IMG/VR virus record: IMGVR_UViG_3300008255_000086 | Coordinates: 1 to 33,048 of that record | Origin: a virus | Lineage: Duplodnaviria > Caudoviricetes | Length of the DNA: 33,048 nt | Direction: 5' to 3' (one strand) | Shown: positions 27,664-33,048 of the stretch, piece by piece | How the letters are laid out: the number at the start of each line of letters is the position of its first letter | How positions within the stretch are numbered: the stretch's first letter is position 1 | The notes under the pieces: generated by a model | Databases searched by the model: none | What the model saw: the letters and a program-made list of their open reading frames with translations, nothing else | What the model was told of the DNA's origin: nothing | Made by a program: the position numbers and the translations under genes

Positions 27664-27888
27664 TTAGTACAAAGTTAGTCCATTAGTGATAATGAACATC
27701 ACTCCTTGATAGATATAATACCCAACTGCTAGTGTCATGATTGTATATCCTATCTTTTCATACCAAGTTGTTTTAGTTGTTTCACTAAATCCAAAGAAGT
27801 CATCACTATCTACTAGACGAAAGTCTGCTGAGTAATCTCTTTTGTTTAATCTTGTTTTCTTTGTTGCGAAGTCTTTATAGTTTTCCAT
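27664..27888 (-). CDS. Small protein with C-terminal TM helix
   Basis: IGYTIMTLAVGYYIYQGVMFII. Confidence 0.7.
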   Translation of the reverse strand: MENYKDFATKKTRLNKRDYSADFRLVDSDDFFGFSETTKTTWYEKIGYTIMTLAVGYYIYQGVMFIITNGLTLY

Positions 27889-27895
27889 GTTTGTT

Positions 27896-27919
27896 TTGTT
27901 ATTTGTTAATCCTGTCTAC
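27896..27919 (-). repeat. 24-nt leader GTAGACAGGATTAACAAATAACAA, copy 1
   Basis: Identical to 31712-31735 (+). Confidence 0.9.
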
Positions 27920-27925
27920 CTCTAT

Positions 27926-28013
27926 ATAATACACTATCAGTATTTATTGTAAAGTGAGTGAGTGTGGATAACTGTGCATAACTTTTACACAAGAACAAGC
28001 CAGATGATATAAT
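27926..28013. promoter_or_regulatory. Divergent early promoters flanking two tandem DnaA boxes
   Basis: Leftward TTTACA-16-TATTAT (27953-27926); TGTGGATAA 27963-27971 and TGTGCATAA 27973-27981; rightward TGATATAAT 28005-28013. Confidence 0.7.
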
Positions 28014-28018
28014 TAAGA

Positions 28019-28169
28019 GGTAAATAACGAATTGGACAAGAAGTTATTTATTTGATAAGTTGCATTATTCAGAGTCTTGAAAAGAAAGCGGGGAGGGTGA
28101 AAACCCAACGGTTCGCAACTACCGTAAGTCCAACCCTTCTTTCTTTTTAGGACTTTAATTTATTAAAGT
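28019..28169 (+). ncRNA. Structured 5' leader of replication initiator
   Basis: Hairpin 28021-28050; 16-bp stem 28073-28088/28139-28154 enclosing GGGU-GAAA-ACCC and ACGGU/ACCGU hairpins. Confidence 0.7.
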
Positions 28170-28913
28170 ATGGCAAATAACAAACAGCGATACATAAACA
28201 CTCGCTTGTGGAACGATACTTATGTATCAATGCTCGACCCAATAGAGAAACTATTATTCGTCTATCTACTGACGAATGAGCATACAAACATATCAGGAAT
28301 CTATGAGATGCCATTAAAAATAATGGCTGTGGAAACAGGTCTTGATGAATCAATGTTGAAGAAAGTTTTTGGCAGATTAAAGTCAAAAGTGAATTATGTT
28401 GATGGCAGGGTTATAATAAAGAACTTTATCAAACACCAAGAAACAGGAAGTCCGAATGTTCGGAAGGGGATTTTGAATTGTTTAGAAGAATTAAACAAAG
28501 ACTTCTTAAAAGATGTTGTAAACAAAGGAATTTATGTACTCCCTATATACTATATAGATACCCTATGTATACCCTATGTAGAGGGTCGGAACTATTTAGA
28601 TTTAGATTTAGATTCTAATTTAGATTTAGATTCTACGGAACTGCCTCAAAAATCTTCTAAAAAGAAAATAGAAAAGGAACTCTTTGGAGAACTTGAAAAT
28701 GTAAAACTAACAAACGAAGAGTATCAGAAGTTGATTGATAAGTTTGGAGATAAAAATACAAACATACTTATTTTTGAGTTAGATACCTACATAGGTTCAA
28801 AAGGAGATAAATATAAATCTCACTACGCAACCCTGTTGAACTGGGCTAAAAGAAAATGGGAACAACAGGAGGAGAAGAAAATTATCAAAAATAATAACAT
28901 AGCATTTACCTAA
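28170..28913 (+). CDS. Phage replication initiator / replisome organiser (DnaD-like)
   Basis: RYINTRLWND...KLLFVYLLTN...SGIYE N-terminal wHTH; repetitive linker; C-terminal NVKLTNEEYQKL...KYKSHYATLLNW. Confidence 0.8.
   Translation: MANNKQRYINTRLWNDTYVSMLDPIEKLLFVYLLTNEHTNISGIYEMPLKIMAVETGLDESMLKKVFGRLKSKVNYVDGRVIIKNFIKHQETGSPNVRKGILNCLEELNKDFLKDVVNKGIYVLPIYYIDTLCIPYVEGRNYLDLDLDSNLDLDSTELPQKSSKKKIEKELFGELENVKLTNEEYQKLIDKFGDKNTNILIFELDTYIGSKGDKYKSHYATLLNWAKRKWEQQEEKKIIKNNNIAFT
28541..28636 (+). repeat. Iteron-like repeats inside initiator gene (candidate origin)
   Basis: ATACCCTATGT x2 at 28558-28579, related CCCTATAT at 28541; TTTAGA x5 at 28595-28630. Confidence 0.6.
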
Positions 28914-28914
28914 T

Positions 28915-29292
28915 ATGAACTTAAAAGTAAAAGTAATCTGTGGTTTTAGAAAAGACCAACAATACACAATAGACGCAGAAGAATCACACAAAGCATACTA
29001 CCTTTTTTTGAATCCAGAAAAGAGAGGAATATTTAAAAATGGAGTTGCTCTTATTGGAAAAAACATACAATCAATAGAACCAGACTATCACGCAACAATG
29101 GGCTGGAATGAATCACATCAAATTGGTGGTGATGATTGGAATGAAATAAATAAATACAATTTAAAAAACTTAATCTCACACAAACTTGAAGACGCAAAGA
29201 AGGTTGCTAACTTATTAGCAGAAAATCCGAGAGTTTTCGCCCTACCCCTTACAGAAGTAAAACAAACATTACTTGAATCCAGCATAAAATAG
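28915..29292 (+). CDS. Hypothetical protein
   Basis: TAA-T-ATG coupled to the initiator gene. Confidence 0.75.
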   Translation: MNLKVKVICGFRKDQQYTIDAEESHKAYYLFLNPEKRGIFKNGVALIGKNIQSIEPDYHATMGWNESHQIGGDDWNEINKYNLKNLISHKLEDAKKVANLLAENPRVFALPLTEVKQTLLESSIK

Positions 29293-29294
29293 GC

Positions 29295-29336
29295 TGTGGA
29301 TAAACCTTTTGACTATCTCATACACTTTGATATACT
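29295..29336 (+). promoter_or_regulatory. DnaA box + TTGACT-16-TATACT (extended -10)
   Basis: TGTGGATAA 29295-29303, TTGACT 29309-29314, TGaTATACT 29328-29336. Confidence 0.7.
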
Positions 29337-29364
29337 AACTATGTTATTGGATTAACAATAAAAA

Positions 29365-29554
29365 ATGCAATTAAAAGGAACAAAACTTAATGTATACAGG
29401 TACTTGAAAGAAGAACCTCGTAGTCGAGAAAGGAAGAATAAATCTCGTGCATTGGAGAAAAGTACTTGCTGATTACCCAGCATTACGAGGAAGTGACTAC
29501 TTCAAAGGCAAGAAGAAATCACGAGAGAAGGTATTACAAGACTTAAAAGAATAA
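29365..29554 (+). pseudogene. Frameshifted small basic protein
   Basis: Frame 1 stops at 29472; from 29453 another frame reads WRKVLADYPALRGSDYFKGKKKSREKVLQDLKE*, ending 2 nt before the erf start. Confidence 0.6.
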
Positions 29555-29556
29555 AT

Positions 29557-30099
29557 ATGGAAAACTTAATAAAAGAGTTAGTAAAAATTCAAAAGACACT
29601 CAAGGCACCAAAAAATCAATACAACAGTTTTGGTAAATATAAGTACCGAAACTGTGAAGATATACTAAACGCAGTAAAACCTTTGCTACCAGAAAATATT
29701 ACCACTTACACAACCGATGAAATTGTATTAATTGGGGATAGGTACTACATTAAATCATATGCAGTATTTACAGATGGTACAAATAAAGTTGAAGTAAATG
29801 GTTTTGCCCGAGAATCACTTACCAAAAAAGGTATGGACGATTCACAAATTACAGGTACAGCATCTTCATACGCTAGAAAATATGCACTCAATGGATTGTT
29901 TGATATTGACGATTCAAAAGATGCCGATACAGACGAACACACAAACCAAACCAAAGCAGAAATAAACCCTGATTTGTTACTTGTGATAAAAGAAGCAACA
30001 ACCGAAGAAGAACTAAGAAAAATTTGGGAAGAACACAAAACAGTAAAAGGTCTTGGAAAAGAAATAACAAAAAGAAAAAATGAAATTACACAAAGTTAA
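29557..30099 (+). CDS. erf: ERF family single-strand annealing protein
   Basis: KAPKNQYNSFGKYKYR..EDIL, QITGTASSYARKYALNGLF. Confidence 0.9.
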   Translation: MENLIKELVKIQKTLKAPKNQYNSFGKYKYRNCEDILNAVKPLLPENITTYTTDEIVLIGDRYYIKSYAVFTDGTNKVEVNGFARESLTKKGMDDSQITGTASSYARKYALNGLFDIDDSKDADTDEHTNQTKAEINPDLLLVIKEATTEEELRKIWEEHKTVKGLGKEITKRKNEITQS

Positions 30100-30682
30100 A
30101 CAAAGAACTCCTGAATGGTTTGACTTGCGAAAAGAATATCCTTTAACAGCAAGTAATGCACAAGCCATAGGAAACAATGGAAAAGGTCTTGAAACATTGT
30201 GTTGGGATAAACTAGCCGAGATACACTCGAAGACACCAAAAGAACAATACACAAACGAACATTTAGAAAGAGGTATTGAGTTAGAAAACGAAGCACGAAC
30301 CATTTACGCAATGGAAACAGGTAACAAAGTTGAAGAAGTTGGGTTTGTGACTAATGAAGAAATATCAAAAGTTGCAGGTGCAAGCCCAGATGGAATAGTA
30401 AATGAAGATGGGCTTGTAGAAATTAAGTGCTTCGCAGACACCAAACACTTTAAAATGATTGTAAATGGACTTGAAATAGAGTCACAGTATATGTGGCAAA
30501 TGCAAATGCAATTACTTATTACGGGTAGAAAATGGGTAGATTTTGTCGCCTACAACCCAAACTACGACAAATCAATCCTGATTCAAAGGGTTGAGACCGA
30601 TGAAGTTGTGCAAGAGAAGATAAAAACAGGATTGAAGATTGGGGAGAAATTATTAGAAGAAATTAAACAAAAAATAAAATGA
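30080..30682 (+). CDS. YqaJ / lambda exonuclease family
   Basis: QRTPEWF..R, TAS, RGIELE, ASPDG, EIKC, QMQMQL. Confidence 0.92.
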   Translation: MKLHKVKQRTPEWFDLRKEYPLTASNAQAIGNNGKGLETLCWDKLAEIHSKTPKEQYTNEHLERGIELENEARTIYAMETGNKVEEVGFVTNEEISKVAGASPDGIVNEDGLVEIKCFADTKHFKMIVNGLEIESQYMWQMQMQLLITGRKWVDFVAYNPNYDKSILIQRVETDEVVQEKIKTGLKIGEKLLEEIKQKIK

Positions 30683-31089
30683 ATTTAAACAAAACACTTA
30701 TTGCTGGAAACTTAACCCGTGACCCAGAAAAGAAAGCACTGCCAACAGGAAGTAATGTTACAAACTTTTCAGTAGCAGTAAACAGAGTATGGTATAAGGA
30801 CGAACAAAAACAAGAGGCGACCGAATACATAAACATTGTCGCTTTTGGAAAACAAGCCGACACAATCGCACAATACTTTAAAAAAGGTTCTTCTATTTTT
30901 GTTGAGGGAAGGATACAAACACGAAGCTGGGAAGACAAAGAGGGAAACAAGAAATACGCAACAGAAGTTATTATGGAGAACTTTCAGTTTGTAAATTCAA
31001 CGAAGCAAGAAAAACAACCCTTAGAAAAATCAACAGAAGAAATTGAATATCCAGAAGATGATATTTCTCCTGAAGATGTACCATTTTAG
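30679..31089 (+). CDS. ssb: Single-stranded DNA-binding protein
   Basis: LNK..IAGNLTRDPE, VEGRIQTRSWEDKEG, acidic DVPF tail. Confidence 0.96.
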   Translation: MNLNKTLIAGNLTRDPEKKALPTGSNVTNFSVAVNRVWYKDEQKQEATEYINIVAFGKQADTIAQYFKKGSSIFVEGRIQTRSWEDKEGNKKYATEVIMENFQFVNSTKQEKQPLEKSTEEIEYPEDDISPEDVPF

Positions 31090-31192
31090 CGATTAGGCAA
31101 ACATAATTGTTTGCCTACCCTCCGAGAACTTCAAGGACTATTTGTTAATCCCGCTCTGTCTTTATTTCTTAGGGGGTAGATAAACCGTTATG
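31087..31192 (+). ncRNA. Structured 3' element after ssb with anti-leader loop
   Basis: Hairpin 31094-31117 (10 bp); stem 31115-31128/31166-31179; inner stem 31133-31138/31158-31163; 19-nt loop UAUUUGUUAAUCCCGCUCU; UAGCG (stop)/CGUUA (next start) closes the element. Confidence 0.75.
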
Positions 31193-31639
31193 AACAAAAA
31201 ACAAAAATTATTTAAGCATTTAGACGAACATAGATATGCAACCGACAGTGATGTTGCTCGTATTTGGGGTGGAGAACCTAACTGGTCGACAGTAGAAGAA
31301 TATAAACGACAATGGCAAAGACTTGCAAACGACAAGGAGTATTTTGCAGACAAGGAAATATTAGGAATAGAAAAGTGGGGAAGAAAACACCTTGCAGAAT
31401 TGAAAGGTGGACATAGGTATATCAGCAAACTTTTCTATGAAGAACAGAAACCTAGATTCAAAAAAGACTTTTCAAAGCACAGATTTTTCTATAAAGGAAA
31501 TGAACTTTACAATATCAAAGAAGCGGAGTGGTCATTTAGCGGATTTGATTTAAAGGCAAACTGGAAGAATAAGGACGAAGATAATCGAGAATGTTTGGGC
31601 TATTTTTACTTAAAAGACCTAGAAATTTTTGATAAATAA
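31190..31639 (+). CDS. Hypothetical protein
   Basis: ORF track. Confidence 0.7.
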   Translation: MNKKQKLFKHLDEHRYATDSDVARIWGGEPNWSTVEEYKRQWQRLANDKEYFADKEILGIEKWGRKHLAELKGGHRYISKLFYEEQKPRFKKDFSKHRFFYKGNELYNIKEAEWSFSGFDLKANWKNKDEDNRECLGYFYLKDLEIFDK

Positions 31640-31653
31640 GGCTTAAAACTACA

Positions 31654-31705
31654 TGTGGATAACTCAAGTTAAAACACTTGCACCTTTAATACACTATGTT
31701 ACACT
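31654..31705 (+). promoter_or_regulatory. DnaA box + TTGCAC-16-TACACT (extended -10)
   Basis: TGTGGATAA 31654-31662, TTGCAC 31678-31683, TGtTACACT 31697-31705. Confidence 0.65.
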
Positions 31706-31711
31706 ATAAAT

Positions 31712-31735
31712 GTAGACAGGATTAACAAATAACAA
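31712..31735 (+). repeat. 24-nt leader GTAGACAGGATTAACAAATAACAA, copy 2
   Basis: Identical to 27896-27919 (-); begins about 7 nt after the -10 in both copies. Confidence 0.9.
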
Positions 31736-31743
31736 TAAACAAT

Positions 31744-31977
31744 ATGAGTACAGCAAAAAATATTATAGAAGGATTAGAAAACACTATCGGAGTACCAAAC
31801 GCATTTGGTTCAAAAGATATGGATTACGAAGAAGTAAAAGAAACACCACCAGCACTACGACCAACAGGAGTACAGTTTGAACAAGAAGATGTAGAACGAG
31901 AAGACGGCCCAGACTTTGACCGAGATATAGTAGCAGAAGACTTAGCAGATTGGGAAGATGACTCTAACGATATGTAA
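31744..31977 (+). CDS. Small highly acidic protein
   Basis: D/E-rich C-terminal half; first gene after an early promoter. Confidence 0.75.
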   Translation: MSTAKNIIEGLENTIGVPNAFGSKDMDYEEVKETPPALRPTGVQFEQEDVEREDGPDFDRDIVAEDLADWEDDSNDM

Positions 31978-31978
31978 T

Positions 31979-32050
31979 ATGCTCTGGCTCATCATAACAA
32001 TAACTTGGATTCTTGTAGGATTATCAGCACTAATAATTAAGAATAAATAA
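31979..32050 (+). CDS. 23-aa TM micropeptide
   Basis: MLWLIITITWILVGLSALIIKNK; TAA-T-ATG coupled at both ends. Confidence 0.6.
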   Translation: MLWLIITITWILVGLSALIIKNK

Positions 32051-32051
32051 T

Positions 32052-32249
32052 ATGAAAGAAACAACAACACAAGATGCAAGTATTGCAGAAGAATCTAAAA
32101 ACAACATTATCTTCCAAAAGCAAGATGGAGAAGAGGTGCTACGATTCACGGCAGAAGGAGATTTTATTTGGAGAGGAAAAACAGTATACAACGACAAAGA
32201 TTTAGTAGATGCTTTTAGAGATATTGTATTTCACTTAAAGAAGGAATAA
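32052..32249 (+). CDS. Hypothetical protein
   Basis: ORF track. Confidence 0.7.
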   Translation: MKETTTQDASIAEESKNNIIFQKQDGEEVLRFTAEGDFIWRGKTVYNDKDLVDAFRDIVFHLKKE

Positions 32250-32257
32250 TTATTAAC

Positions 32258-32354
32258 GAGGAGTGTAGAGCAGGTGGCTAAGGAGGTTCGTGTGGCATTA
32301 CGACACATTATACTAGTTTGAATCATACTTGAAGCCACCTACCCTGCACTTCTC
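32258..32354 (+). ncRNA. Long intergenic hairpin RNA (about 97 nt)
   Basis: GAGGAGUGUAGAGCAGGUGGCU (32258-32279) pairs with AGCCACCUACCCUGCACUUCUC (32333-32354), with G-U pairs and two mismatches. Confidence 0.65.
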
Positions 32355-32368
32355 ACATAACAATACAT

Positions 32369-32764
32369 ATGGAAACAACAATAAAAATAGAAGATTACTT
32401 AACTCAAGAAGATATTAAGGAAATACTCAAAGAAAAAATTGAGAGATATGTTGATAAGGATATAGAAAATACAATTAAAGTCGCACTTAAATATGCTTTT
32501 CACGAACTTATTAAGCCAGAATACCTTGAAAAATTACCAAGTTTAGTAGATAAGAAATTAGAGGAATTATCTATAAACGACATCATTGGTTACGCAAGTT
32601 CTCATTTTGACGAAAGAGTTCCTGCTAGATTGATTATCACAGATACAGTGAAACAAAATAAAGAAAAAATCGCACAGAAAGTATTGAGTGTAATGGAAGG
32701 AATGGAAGAATATGATGCAAAAGAATTGTGTATTGAAGCATTAAGGAGAGGAGTAAACAATTAA
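32369..32764 (+). CDS. Hypothetical protein
   Basis: ORF track. Confidence 0.75.
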   Translation: METTIKIEDYLTQEDIKEILKEKIERYVDKDIENTIKVALKYAFHELIKPEYLEKLPSLVDKKLEELSINDIIGYASSHFDERVPARLIITDTVKQNKEKIAQKVLSVMEGMEEYDAKELCIEALRRGVNN

Positions 32765-32777
32765 ATTAACAATACAT

Positions 32778-32930
32778 ATGGAAAAAGAAAGAGTTAAAAA
32801 GATTTTAGTTGAATTATACAACGAATATCAAAACGCCCTCATAGAACAGGAAAAGAAAGGTAGAGGTAATTACACAGACCAAGATTTTGATTCGTTATCA
32901 ATGTTTATTACATTTATTCACAACAATTAA
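32778..32930 (+). CDS. Hypothetical protein, 50 aa
   Basis: Hand-translated MEKERVKKILVELYNEYQNALIEQEKKGRGNYTDQDFDSLSMFITFIHNN; shares its leader with 32369. Confidence 0.65.
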   Translation: MEKERVKKILVELYNEYQNALIEQEKKGRGNYTDQDFDSLSMFITFIHNN

Positions 32931-33048
32931 ATAACATATGTCACTATCACAAGAACAAAAAGATACCATACGAGAGGAGTTTAGAAATTTACAAGAAATA
33001 ACTCTTGATTATGGGCAATTAGGTAAAACAAAATCTTACCTATTAAAT
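32926..33048. repeat. Terminal direct repeat, right copy
   Basis: Identical to 1-123. Confidence 0.97.

Noticed and set aside
32280-32335. tRNA (GGTTCG motif)
   Set aside because: No cloverleaf, anticodon arm or CCA end.

Overview
This window is an apparently complete, circularly assembled dsDNA phage genome of about 32,925 bp: bases 1-123 are repeated exactly at 32926-33048. It has podovirus-like (P22-type) organisation. The late region (about 1.5-20.9 kb, + strand) carries small and large terminase, portal, scaffold, major capsid, head-tail adaptor, LamG fibre, nozzle-like protein, two large ejection proteins and a lysis block with an M23 peptidase. The accessory and early region carries RusA-like, lytic transglycosylase, HNH, metallophosphoesterase, dATP/dGTP diphosphohydrolase-like, NinB-like, replication initiator, ERF, YqaJ, SSB and MT-A70 methylase genes. 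I found no integrase, DNA polymerase, tape measure, tRNA or CRISPR array. The SSB sequence, the lack of Shine-Dalgarno (SD) motifs and the TGnTATAAT promoters suggest a Patescibacteria (Parcubacteria/CPR) host; this is inference. The most striking unexplained signal is at the RNA level. Structured elements that begin on the stop codons of the major capsid and SSB genes expose loops complementary (9-13 nt perfect, or 12/14) to the SD-less 5' leaders of specific phage genes. A comparable loop-loop pairing lies in the replication-initiator leader. Together these suggest an undescribed long-range 3'UTR-5'UTR (or trans-acting) translation-control system. Also notable are two promoter classes (an identical late 12-mer versus DnaA-box-associated early promoters) and several small genes broken by single lesions.
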